This document shows positions 1 through 10,299 of a stretch of 37,653 nt of DNA, in pieces. The stretch is taken from positions 1-37,653 of the forward strand of contig JALAIB010000060.1 of the NCBI GenBank assembly GCA_023645945.1, read 5' to 3'. Under the pieces are notes generated by a model that saw only the letters and a list, made by a program, of their open reading frames with translations, was not told the origin of the DNA and did not search any database. Within the stretch, counting starts at the first letter, position 1; each line of letters starts with the position of its first letter. The position numbers and the translations under genes were made by a program. This DNA comes from Diploschistes diacapsis (lineage: Eukaryota).

Positions 1-718
1 AGGGGGAGGCGTTCGCGGACGTGGCCAAGGACGGCAAGGAAATCGGGGAGGTAGTGTGCGTGGGGAATATCTGCGCGAGGGGGTACTACAAGGACCCGGC
101 GGCGACGCGGGAGCTGTTCCGCGGCGGCGTGCTGCACACGGGGGACCTGGCGGTCTGGCACGCGGACGGGGCGGTGCAGATCCTAGACCGGAAGAAGGAC
201 ATCATCATCAGCGGTGAGATATACACATTCCCCCCCCCTTCTTTTACTCTTTTTTATTTTTTACCCCTGTGGGCGATCAACCCGCCCCTCTCTTTCTCTC
301 TCTCTCTTTGTGCACCGCAACCCCAGTTACTATACCCGAAGCCCATTCTCCCCCTCCTCTCCTCTCGTAGCCAGAATACGATAATGTCCCAGCGCCCCCT
401 CCTAACGTAACCACACCCCCCGCAGGCGGCGAAAACATCTCCTCCGTCTCCCTCGAGGCGCTGCTCGCCACGCACCCGGCCATCCTCGAGGCCGCCGTGG
501 TCGCCGTCGCGGACGACCGCTGGGGCGAGCGGCCCAAGGCCTTCGTCACCGTGCACCAGGGCAAGCGGCTGCAGGCCGGCGACCTGGTCGACTGGGCCAG
601 GCGGAACCCTGCCATCAGCCGCTTCATGGTGCCCCGTGACGTCGAGGTCGTGCCCCAGCTGCCCAAGACGAGCACGGGGAAGGTCCGCAAGAATGTGCTT
701 AGGGAATGGGGGAAGTAG
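1..718 (+). CDS. AMP-dependent acyl-CoA synthetase/ligase (ANL superfamily), 3' part; exons <1-213 and 426-718, intron 214-425
   Basis: Motifs GEVVCVG..CARGYYKDP, LHTGDLA, ILDRKKDIIISG|GENISS and LPKTSTGKVRK. Intron GTGAGA...CTAAC...GCAG restores the frame; stop TAG at 716-718. Confidence 0.93.
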
Positions 719-769
719 AGGGTTTGGAGGAGGAGGAGAGGGGGGGGAAGGTGAGAGGGGAGGTATGAA

Positions 770-862
770 GTGAGGTACGAAGTGAGGGACGAAGTGAGGG
801 AAGCTGCGAGGGAAGGTGCGGTGGGAAGATGTGCGGGAAGGTGCGAGGGAAGGTGCGAGGGA
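770..862. repeat. Degenerate 12-bp G/A-rich minisatellite (GYGAGGGAAGGT-like, about 8 units) downstream of the acyl-CoA synthetase stop
   Basis: Units read directly: gtgaggtacgaa, gtgagggacgaa, gtgagggaagct, gcgagggaaggt, gcggtgggaagat, gtgcgggaaggt, gcgagggaaggt, gcgaggga. Confidence 0.85.
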
Positions 863-969
863 TGTAAACATTATGATCATCGCGCAAATATATATCACTT
901 CACTTCGCATTTTTGCTCACTTCTCTCCTCACCCCTATATCATCGACATCTTACCACATCTCGCCCAGC

Positions 970-2365
970 ATGTCTTCCGCCGATGTTGCTTCCAACTTCT
1001 TGCTATTTTTTACTCCTTACGTTCTTTTGCTTACCCCTCCCCCTTTTACCTCCCCCGTCCTCATTCCCTTCGTCGTCGTCCTCCTCCTTTTCTTCTTTTT
1101 CCGTCAACATTATCTCTGCCGACCTTTCGCCCAGGTTCAGCGGCCCTCCCCCGACTTGGTAGGTATACAACAACGCATTCACTCCCAGGCCGGTCAAGAC
1201 CACATTCGACTTGCGCGTGCCGATGTGGAGGGTCTTTTAAAGATCCTCCAAGATCGCCAAGTCGGTGTGACGGCCTGGGAGAATGAATCAGGTCGGGTTG
1301 CGGAGGAGCCGAACCACTTACGATGCCTAACTAGGATAGGTGACTATGCAGGCTCGATGTACAATCGCCTCGCATCTACCGGTGCTTTCAGCCATCTCCT
1401 TGACAGGCCCAGGCCGAAAGCAACGGATATACAGAAACTTCTAGTAGCTGACCTTGATCCGCCTAGGCGTGAACAGGTTGACTTAGCCCTCGACAAGGCA
1501 GCGAAAGGAGTCAATGTGGATCCTGCGCTGGCACGCCTGGCCATCCAGATATATGCCTCGAGGAACGACGCAAACCACTCAAAGGCCGGGAACGCCAAGT
1601 CCAGCAACGACAACATAGGCCTGCAGCGAGCCATTGCTGAGGACTTGGCGGACCTTCCCGGATTCCTTTCCAGTGAGTTCCTCGAGCATATCGACAAGAT
1701 ACGCCAGTTGATCGTGGAGTACCGGGATTGCGAGGCCGACAAGACCACCGACACGAGTGTGGATGGGGAGAAGGCCAAGGCAAATGACAAGAACAAGCCT
1801 CCGCTCCCCATGGTCTACCGCCTGGACCTTCCCCCATACCTTCGGCCAAATGATTCGAGAGAGGTCTTCGAGCTGGATCCATCGTTCTTCGATGCTGGTA
1901 TGGCTGCTATCCGTGCCAAAACCAGGCCTCGGTCCAGATCGGTCCCTGATCGGTCTGAAAAGTGGGTCAAACAGAGAAGAATCGAGCTCTTCTCTGAACA
2001 AGACCCACTTGTCAAGCGACCGAGGCTTTGGCAGCCAGCTAGTGGAACTGACAAGACCAGATATCCAAAAGCTTGGGACCTGGATCCGGAATACCTTCTT
2101 CAAACCCGAGGACACCAAAGGGTACCTTCGGGAACACGCGAACTTGCGTGAAGGGTTGCAAGCGTTGGTTGACAACACGCAGGACGCGGACAATCAGAAG
2201 CGCCTGCGGAGGCTCTTCCAGGCCATCGTAGACCAGGTCAAGAAGGCGCCTGCCTTATGGCTTAAGCAGGCAGAGAAAGAGGAGAGAGCAGAGGAGAAGA
2301 AGATGAAGGCTAGGGAGGCGAGAGGAACCGGGAATGGAGGAGAAGGTAAGTCTTCTGACCCCTAG
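970..2365 (+). CDS. Lineage-specific hypothetical protein with HEPN-like R-N-x3-H motif; C-terminus continues in a second frame (intron about 1962-2034, or frameshift)
   Basis: ATG at 970 follows a TATA-like ATATATAT (about 887-894) and a CT-rich leader. The frame is open to 2151, with helical, protein-like sequence including LARLAIQIYASRNDANHS. An overlapping frame carries protein-like ELTRPDIQKLGTWIRN...KKMKAREAR to TAG 2365. Confidence 0.65.
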
Positions 2366-2396
2366 TCGCTCTTTATTTGCATTTACTTGCTACCCC

Positions 2397-2473
2397 GGCC
2401 CTGCGACGGAGAGGCACCTTCTCGTGGTGCGGGCTGTGAGTAACGGCAGATGCCGCGAAACCAAGACCTCTCC
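2397..2473 (+). ncRNA. HDV/CPEB3-like self-cleaving ribozyme candidate (nested double pseudoknot, loop-E in P4)
   Basis: P1 GGCCC(T)GC 2397-2404 pairs with GCGGGCT 2429-2435, with a G1.U wobble. P2 GGAGAGG 2408-2414 pairs with CCTCTCC 2467-2473. P3 ACC/GGT closes L3 TTCTCGT. P1.1 is C2421-G2436. AGTA (2439-2442)/GAA (2457-2459) flank hairpin CGGC-AGAT-GCCG. Candidate catalytic C2461 lies in CCAA just before P2'. Confidence 0.72.
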
Positions 2474-2474
2474 T

Positions 2475-4169
2475 TCATAACCTGCGGCTCGGAACGCAAC
2501 CAAAGTTATAGTTTCGCAACGATACAACAGTTTCGCAAGTGCTGTTCAATATCGCCCAAGCCATGGTGTGTTCATCGTGAACTATGCCCTCGGGATATTT
2601 CTTGATCCACATGTCACCGCGCCAGAAACACCTGCAGCCATTGTACGCAGTTTCCTCGAGATCGCTCATATCAGGCACCGACCACCTCTCTGATTCACTG
2701 TCCGACTCGTCGTCTGAGCTAATACGATCTGCATAATCCGGGCTTATCCAGTATTTATCATCCCATTCGCGGACTCTGAGACGTGTCGGTTCAAGACGCG
2801 TCGGTAGGACAATCTCCTGTTCTTCAATCCGCTCCTCATCCTTCTTCAATTTTGTATTATTCTTGTTGTTCCACAATTCGCAATAGCTGCCATATTCGTA
2901 CTGTCGTTTATCTCGGAAGTATTCCCAGCGCCAGCACGCGCTATCTGCTCGACTCTGTGCGGGACAGAAATAAGGAGGATCTTCGTACCAATTCCTATCA
3001 CAAGGGAGGAGTTCTACCTCATCGCACATGCAACTCCTGATCCTATCTCGGGGAGACAGGACGAACGCACAGCAAATGAGTTGTCCTACAAGACCGAAAA
3101 TCGAATGACATCGTGGGAGCCTTTTGTTACAGATGCTTAATGTCTGCATTCTGGTAACCTCGAAGTGCGTCAAGGACGCGAACTGTTCCAGTCTCAGAAA
3201 AGGTGCAGTGGGCGTGTCCAAAGAATGTAGGAGGAAGTGAAAGCGCACTTCACAAGTCTCCAAATCTTCAATATAGTTCCAGTCGTCGAAAGCTTCACTA
3301 AAGGCTTCGCCCCATTTGCACCGCTTGATAGCAGAAAGATTCAGTTCGTCGAGTAGGAGCGTGCATTCATCGTCGAGACCTTGTGGAGCTTGGATTGCTA
3401 TACTACGCACTCGGCGCAAGGGAAAGAGTGCGCATATAAGTAGCGACAAATCAGATACCCTGTCCATCACAATCCAGTCAAGACCTTTGAGACCCGAGTG
3501 TGACAGTGTGAGCTCGCCATTGCTGAACCAGCTGCGGTCCATAGCCTCACGAAAAACAACCTTGACATGCGGAAGCCCGTCTGTGGCTTTTTCAAGAAGA
3601 CGTGCGATCCACCTAAGTCGATTCCGGGTCATGATCAGCTGCGCAGCATCGGTCGGCTCTGGGGCGGGTACTTCGATGCATATCGAACGGAACAGATGAA
3701 GAGGACAGGTCTTCAAGATTGGTAGCTTCAAGTATGCATTCGAGCCAAAAGCGCCTGGCCGCAGAAAGGTCGGCGCAAAGGACTGCACGAAGGTGCCGTA
3801 TTGATCGTGCACGTGAATCGTCGACGGCCATTCTCCCTCTTCAAGCCTGTGCGGAACGAAATCGGGTAGATCAAAAATGAGATCGCGGGTTCTGTAGATG
3901 ACTGAGATGGCTTCTTGTCGAATCTGGCGGTTGATCCTGAAAGCTGGTTGAGCAAGCCACTTTCCCTTTTTTAAATTGTGAGTATCAAGTAAATATTCTA
4001 AGATCTGCATTCGGATCTCCTTAGGAAACTTGAAAAGGCTTATGGAGCTTGCTCGTCTCGACTCTTCATGGTTCTCCCGATCCTCTTTAGTGTAACCCTT
4101 TGGAGCATAACGGTTGGCAAGGAGAGCAAGGATCGACACGCATATAAAAACCATGATGTGGAAACCCAT
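2475..4169 (-). CDS. Hypothetical protein with F-box-like motif near the N-terminus (SLFKFPKEIRMQILEYLL) and Cys/Trp-rich C-terminus
   Basis: Uninterrupted frame of more than 560 codons; first ATG at 4169. An LP.EIR..I..Y-type motif is followed by R.NRQIRQEA..V.Y, as in fungal F-box-like hypothetical proteins. Start codon uncertain. Confidence 0.75.
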   Translation of the reverse strand: MGFHIMVFICVSILALLANRYAPKGYTKEDRENHEESRRASSISLFKFPKEIRMQILEYLLDTHNLKKGKWLAQPAFRINRQIRQEAISVIYRTRDLIFDLPDFVPHRLEEGEWPSTIHVHDQYGTFVQSFAPTFLRPGAFGSNAYLKLPILKTCPLHLFRSICIEVPAPEPTDAAQLIMTRNRLRWIARLLEKATDGLPHVKVVFREAMDRSWFSNGELTLSHSGLKGLDWIVMDRVSDLSLLICALFPLRRVRSIAIQAPQGLDDECTLLLDELNLSAIKRCKWGEAFSEAFDDWNYIEDLETCEVRFHFLLHSLDTPTAPFLRLEQFASLTHFEVTRMQTLSICNKRLPRCHSIFGLVGQLICCAFVLSPRDRIRSCMCDEVELLPCDRNWYEDPPYFCPAQSRADSACWRWEYFRDKRQYEYGSYCELWNNKNNTKLKKDEERIEEQEIVLPTRLEPTRLRVREWDDKYWISPDYADRISSDDESDSESERWSVPDMSDLEETAYNGCRCFWRGDMWIKKYPEGIVHDEHTMAWAILNSTCETVVSLRNYNFGCVPSRRL

Positions 4170-4966
4170 CACGAACCTATCCTGGTAAAGAATATATGAT
4201 TGATTTTCATATCGAAGAAGAAGGTGCAATAAGTATTAAGCCAGAATTTGAATCACGACTACTATGGCCGGTGAGTCATGTGTGCTATAACGGTGAATAT
4301 TGCTCCCTTTGATTTGGTTACCAAGGTATCTAGCTACCACTGCCAGATAATAGAGTTAACGATCTTGTAATGATCGATATCATAATGGAGAAACGGGTTA
4401 AAGAGATGTATCTAGTATCACATCACCACAGTATACAATATTGCTTGTTTTGCCTGCCAAGAAATCCAAAGAGCAAGCACGAGGCCGTTGAACAATACGT
4501 AACGAAGTAACGAACTTGATTCACTCACCGTCACCCTCACTCATCCAAAAGAACCTGCACAACTCCTTGCGGTTGTCCTGGACCTTCGCAATGAACACAG
4601 GGACTAGGTTATAGGACGCTCCTCGATCCCAGACATCTCCACACTGCATCCCGCCCTGGATAGCTTATGCCCGTTACAGCCGATCAAGACAACAGCCAGC
4701 ACCAACATCCTACATCCACGCACACGTCTACATCGATCTATCTAGTGGTATCGACCATAGGAAAGATTGAGAGCTCGCAGGAGATCTGAAATATTGGGTA
4801 ATTGAGAGGTAGTCGTGTTCACACCCCATCATCACCATCCAAGTTAGCCTGCACTCTCCTATCGATGGGGTCGCTAAGAAGTAGATTGATATTAGGCTTC
4901 TTGGCTCCCTAAGAACAACGTCAAAGCCTCTGGCACCTAACTCGCCTCATCGTGGCCGAAGCCAGC

Positions 4967-6903
4967 ATGGCGGCTCGGAGAGTCTCACATCACCTTGTCC
5001 CCACGCTTAGCAACGACGAATCCGAAATCTCATCCGCACCCAGCACTCCGGGCCCCCTCAACGAAGAAGAAGGCGACTTCTTTGTCGTACAGAAACTCGA
5101 GTCTCCATTATCTTCACGCGAAGGCAGCCAACAACCTGCGAACACTCGCCAGCGCCCCAAATACCCAATCGACAACCTGCCCTCCGAACTACTCATACTC
5201 ATACTGGCAAAGCTCAGCTCGCCCCAAGACTTGCTCAACAGTTTGCTCGTGTCAAGAGGTTGGGCAAGATGCTGCGTGGACTTACTATGGCACCGTCCCC
5301 TCTTCTCATCATGGGAAAGGCTATCAATCATTGCGGAGTCAATTCAGAGAGAGGACGCATACTGGCCGTATCAGGATCTGATCCGTCGGCTCAACCTCTC
5401 TAACCTGAGCCAAGAAATCAGTGATGGGACTTTGCAGCCGTTTATCGGTTGCAAAAGAGTCGAGAGACTAACACTTACCGGATGCGAAAAGATTACAGAC
5501 CAAGGCGTAATTGCACTAGTGGAGGGGAACAAGAGCCTTCTTGCATTGGACGTGACTGGAGTCGGCGCTCTCACGGACTTGTCGATTGACGCTCTGGCAA
5601 ACAACTGTACTCGTCTTCAAGGTCTCAATATCACCGGATGCAGGAATGTCACAGATGATTCGCTCGTGCCTCTGGCTGAGGCTTGCAAGTACCTCAAGAG
5701 AGTATGGACGTCCCAATTTTCACCTTAGTCCACACTAATGACCATAGTTGAAACTGAATAAATGCTCAAACGTCACTGACGTCTCGATTGAGGCCTTCGC
5801 TCGTCGCTGCCCTTCCATGCTCGAGATCGATCTTCAAGGATGCGACAAAGTCACCAACTCTTCTATCTCTATCCTCATACAGTCCCTCATGCAGTACGGT
5901 CGCTACCTGAGGGAACTACGCCTTGCTCAGTGCAATCTCATCACAGATCATGCCTTTCTAAATTTACCATCAAGTCTTCGTTGCGACACCCTGCGCATAC
6001 TCGATCTTACCGCTTGTACTCAACTTACCGACTTTGCTGTGGAGAGAATCATCAATGTTGCACCACGATTGCGCATCCTGGTCTTAGCCAAGTGTTCCGA
6101 GATTACCGATCAGTCGGTCTTTGCCATTTGCAAGCTTGGCAAGAATTTACATGACATCCACCTCGGAAGATGCGGCCGAATAACAGACGAAGCTCTGAAG
6201 GAGCTGGTCCGTCATTGTAGCCGTATTCGCTACATTGACCTGGCAGGATGCCTTCTCGTGACCGACAACAGCGTAAGGCTCCTAGCTACTTTGCCCAAGC
6301 TGCGGCGTATCGGCCTTGTCAAGTGCCAGAACATTACAGACAGAAGTATCAAAGCTTTGGCGGACATCGGAGGCTACGACCCCAGAGCTTCCCACCGTCA
6401 CGGCTTCTCAAGCAGTTTGGAGAGGGTTCACTTGAGTTACTGTCTCAATGTTACGATCGGGGTAAGCTAGCTTGGCCTTCCTCCATAGTTGAATGCTTGC
6501 GCTGACATAACGCAGGGCATCCACGAGCTTCTCAACACTTGTCGCAAACTCACACATCTCAGTCTTACTGGGATCCAAGAGTTCTTCTCTCGCGAAGACC
6601 TCGTCAAATTCTGCCGCGATGCGCCTCCTGGTAAGTATCCTTTCTTATCTGCCGCTAGAATTGTCACTGATCACAGTTGTAGAATTCAACGAAGAGCAAC
6701 GTGGAGTGTTTTGTGTTTTCAGTGGCGATGGAGTCAACAAGCTCCGTGACTACCTTAACGAGACCGAGGAACAGCGCTATGCAAACCTCTCTGACGAGAT
6801 GTCTTACGACGAAGACGGCGACAATGAAGACGAAAGCCAAAACACCATTACTGGCCTATTTCAGAACACCGGTATAGGTGGCATGGATGATCTGGATGAA
6901 TGA
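4967..6903 (+). CDS. GRR1: SCF E3 ligase F-box/LRR protein Grr1 (GrrA); exons 4967-5701, 5748-6461, 6516-6630, 6683-6903
   Basis: F-box (IDNLPSELLILILAKL...LLWHRP), Cys-containing LRRs (CKRVERLTLTGC, RIRYIDLAGC, LPKLRRIGLVKC, LERVHLSYC, LTHLSLTG) and the C-terminal EFNEEQRGVFCVFSG motif. Three GT-AG introns (5702-5747, 6462-6515, 6631-6682) join the frames. Confidence 0.96.
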
Positions 6904-7759
6904 TCCGAGCACATCACCACTTATGTGCTCAGGTCTGAGTCGGCTTACTGGTTGTTGTCGTTGCTCTTGTGCCAATACGTTTGCTCTCATTCATGGCTGC
7001 GTTTTGCTTCTCACAAGTTTTTCATTTTTATGTATGGGGGATGGCTTCCGTGCCGAAGCTTCTGGGTCATCTGCCGAAAACCTCATCTGGCCGGACTTCA
7101 TTACGCGCGATGATTGCTTACGACATGAAAGATACCCACCAACACTGCATTCGTTCCCGGCGAAACGGCGTCTCAGCATTTTTGGAGTTTTGGTGGCATC
7201 TTGCAACAACTGGTATCGAGGGACCAGCAACATGTGATAGACAACAAAATGGAAAAAGACGCTAATGACGGCGAACCGGGCTTCATATGGGTCAAAGGCG
7301 AACCAATCACTTGCTACCTGTTCTGGCTTACTTCCTTCCACAAGCAATCTGTTCATTTCTCGCCAACCGACACTCGGCCGATGAATTGAAGCCTCGTGAT
7401 ACTTGCATAATCTCAATGACATGGAATGGCGGTCTTTTCCTTGCATTAAGCGGCGGAGATCTGGTCCCTGCGATGAATCGTTGGTCAATGTACCGAACGA
7501 ACTGGGTGTGCATATTGCTAGGAATTAGCTAACTCGCTATATTGGCTTGAGAGCTGAACCATATGCTTATTGCTATATACGAAGAGATGAAGAAACTACC
7601 ATCGGTATCATTACACTCAATTACGGGTATGCAGTGATACATCTATGTGTAAAGTACTTTCACTATATATCCCCTCGTATCCCCTTTTGGCCTCCTGCCA
7701 TAACAGCAATCGCCAATGCTTTAGCTACAACGGTAGCAATTTAGCACCGAGCAAATCCC

Positions 7760-8950
7760 TGAGTCTTGTCTTGGTGGTGATCTCCAAGTCTTGGTAGTAC
7801 TGATATCCCACGTTGGCCACACAATGGCTAAATCACCACTCTACTCCCGAAAAGGCCTCGATCGTACCAAGCCTGGTGTGATGTTCAACCTTGCTCTGCC
7901 GTAGTTCAAGGCAAGCAATCCTAAAGTACCCCTACGCCTGTATCATAGATTTGCTTGTACCAGCAGCATTTTCATATCTGCATCACCCTCGGCCTCGTTG
8001 CCGATCAAACCATAACAAACCCGAGCGTGATTCGGGAGGGAGGAGGATGGCTTGATGGAGTGGTAGTAGGCGTACAATATATTACAGTATGGGTAGCTAT
8101 CGAAGTAGAGCCGGCGCGATCTAAACGCCTAACAAGGCCATGCGCACATCAGGCTGATATTAAAAGGGAGACACCAAGGTCCCAGTCCCTACTTACGGCC
8201 ATAGGTAACTAACTTTTGTCCTTTTAGTAGGCCTCTCCTCAAGTCCCTTCTGGCGCACGCGGGTCACAGAACTCTTCGAGAATTCCAACCTGTCCATAGC
8301 AGGCGAAGAAAGAGCGCGCATAGTAGTAAGAGCCTGAGTAGCGGTACGCCGTTCAACAGAGTGTTGTTCGAAGGGGCGATCGCGAGCCTTCAAGGTCTTC
8401 GCAATTGACCTAAGACTGCTAGCTATGCTCTCCTGCGCCTCCAGCATGCTATTGACCAGCAGGACTGTCTACCTGATCCATGTCGACTATTTTTACTCCG
8501 GTCATGTCCAACTCAATCTCTGTCAAATCCTCTGTCTATAATTTTTTTACCAGTCCAGAGCTAAGGCCTATGATAATACTGCCATATTATCCCTCCTCCA
8601 AGTTCAGTAACAGACAGCTTCACGCAATATCCACCGGTACTCTGTTAGGTTGCAAAAAAGTGCAGCGCTTTTGAAAAGTGGAGAGCAATTTATTTACCTG
8701 GTCCATGTCGATTTCCACCTCAGTCTGCTTCTCGTCTACAGCTCGATATCTACTTTCAGCTCGCTTTACCTCCTCTGCTTATTCCGAGCCAAAAGCGTCT
8801 GGTTAGTATCCCTTACTTCCCTACTACAATATGCCCTCATCACTTGCAGCCTGATCACTTCCCAACTCCGAACCAGACCCTCTGTTACTCAGTGGGATGA
8901 CAAAAATGGTCCAGCTCCCCATCAGTTAGAAGGAAAACTCCAGTCAAAGT
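7760..8950 (-). pseudogene. Heavily decayed gag-like relic (possible Ty3/gypsy-type)
   Basis: Manual minus-strand translation with stops and frameshifts gives GAGPFLSSH*VTEGLVRSWE, RAYCSREVRD and IIIGLSSGLVKKL, loosely resembling fungal gypsy gag motifs (GAP.F.G..VT.FL..WE; YC..E+R; F+.GL...L..K+). No LTR or pol seen. Confidence 0.3.
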
Positions 8951-9439
8951 CGAAAGCAAGTATTCAAACACCCTACAACCAGCGGGACATTGAAACGAAC
9001 CCCCTAAGGCACGACTTGAGGCGACCATACTTGTGCACAAGGAAAGGGTGACCCAGGCAGGAAGTCTGATTGCTAGTCTCATATACAAGCCCTTTCATCC
9101 TTCCGGTCTTGCACAGCGCCAAAAGAGCCTTGTACTTGACGTGCTCGGCACAACCGAGACCATCCTCCGAACATCCAGCCCCAGTCTTTCAACTTGTTGA
9201 AAGACCCTAGTTTGCGTCGATTAACTCATTAGGGAACAAGGGCGAGCGAGTCCGGGATAATGCTGCGAGATGCTTTTGCTCTCCACCTGCGTTTTACGGC
9301 GATGGCTCGCTTTGCTTGAGGCTTCATCCAGCATGATCCCAGGCAAGATTATTCACCCATTTACTTTTTGATGACGAGCGTGAGCCTATCCATAGTATTC
9401 TCTCACTTGCCGTCACGTGCCTGCGTGATTCTGTATCCT

Positions 9440-10025
9440 ATTTTAGACTGTCCGCTCCGTTCGCGAAGATGCCACTTGTACATGGCGAACTCTGTATCGA
9501 TCACGGTCATGTAACTTAAACCATCTAGCAGGCCAGATTCGCTAGACCGGCCGTTGAAGAGCCAGTCGAAGACGCCACTTACAACAATGCTACCATCCTT
9601 CTCCCAGTCCCACTTGTTCTTCAGTCTTAGCCCTGCTGCGTTGGGGAGACCCACTGGAGTAGGAGCACCCCTAAAGTACTGGAGGATCTCGTCGTAGTTA
9701 GGAGGATCTATCTTTAGAACTGGAGTAAAGTACTTGTAATTGCCTAGACTGTCAGAGGATCGTACCGGCCTACTATCTTTCCTGAACATCTGATAGGTTC
9801 TGTTATCAGTTTTCAGCGCTCCTATTTTTGATTCGTCTTGATAGACCCAGTGCAACTTCGATATCAAAGTGGCTCTATCTCCTTGTCTGTTCTTTAATCC
9901 CATAGTACCACATACAGCTCTCAGGTGAGAAAAACACAGAACGCGCTCGTGGCCTCTAGAGATGAAGCCCTGGTACCACTGCAGGACTTCCTTTTGGGCA
10001 AGGTTCTTCTTGTTCAGGATGCCAG
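9440..10025 (-). pseudogene. Truncated but open fragment (copy A) of an uncharacterised fungal protein family
   Basis: ORF 9403-10053 encodes LCFSHLRAVCGTMGLK...FRKDSRP...WEKDGSIVVSGVFDW...EFAMYKWHLRE. It is paralogous to 13760-14020. The sequence stops looking protein-like after SGQSKIG. Confidence 0.65.
9956..10022. repeat. 67-bp perfect direct repeat, copy 1 (copy 2 at 13951-14017)
   Basis: ctagagatgaagccctggtaccactgcaggacttccttttgggcaaggttcttcttgttcaggatgc is identical at both positions. Confidence 0.95.
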
Positions 10026-10299
10026 CTTGCGTACTTTCAGTGCGGATTCGCACATTCCACGCTCCATATATGCAATGAAGGTCCCAGGAATATTTATACC
10101 CTGTAATTACTTTCGGTTGCCGTTTTTGTTTGGCAGATCCTCGTCCGTTATCTAAGTATCCGAACAGTGCCTCAGTTCGGTCGGTAATTCTTTAAGGTCT
10201 ACCATGATAGTGATGTCCCTGGAACTATATTCCTCGACGATTTGATGACTGCTGTCTTTCAAGACCTGTCTTTATCTAATGGGTCGGCTTCGATCCTCA

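Noticed and set aside
254..910. 218-aa minus-strand ORF and other ORFs over the minisatellite
   Set aside because: Shadow of the GC-rich acyl-CoA synthetase exon plus repeat-derived low complexity.
2386..2466. Hammerhead reading of the same RNA (CTG-TGAG...CGAAAC)
   Set aside because: The core lacks a base of CUGANGA and stems I and III are mismatched next to the core. The HDV fold explains many more pairings, and AGUA/GAA is better read as loop E.
970..4169. Endogenised ambivirus (two convergent ORFs plus ribozyme)
   Set aside because: Neither ORF shows RdRp palm motifs, and the minus ORF resembles a fungal F-box-like protein.
4272..4278. TGAGTCA Gcn4/CpcA-like site in the divergent promoter
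   Set aside because: A single 7-mer is expected by chance and there is no supporting evidence.
6878..7744. Short overlapping ORFs downstream of GRR1
   Set aside because: No recognisable motifs or codon bias; most likely 3' UTR or intergenic DNA.
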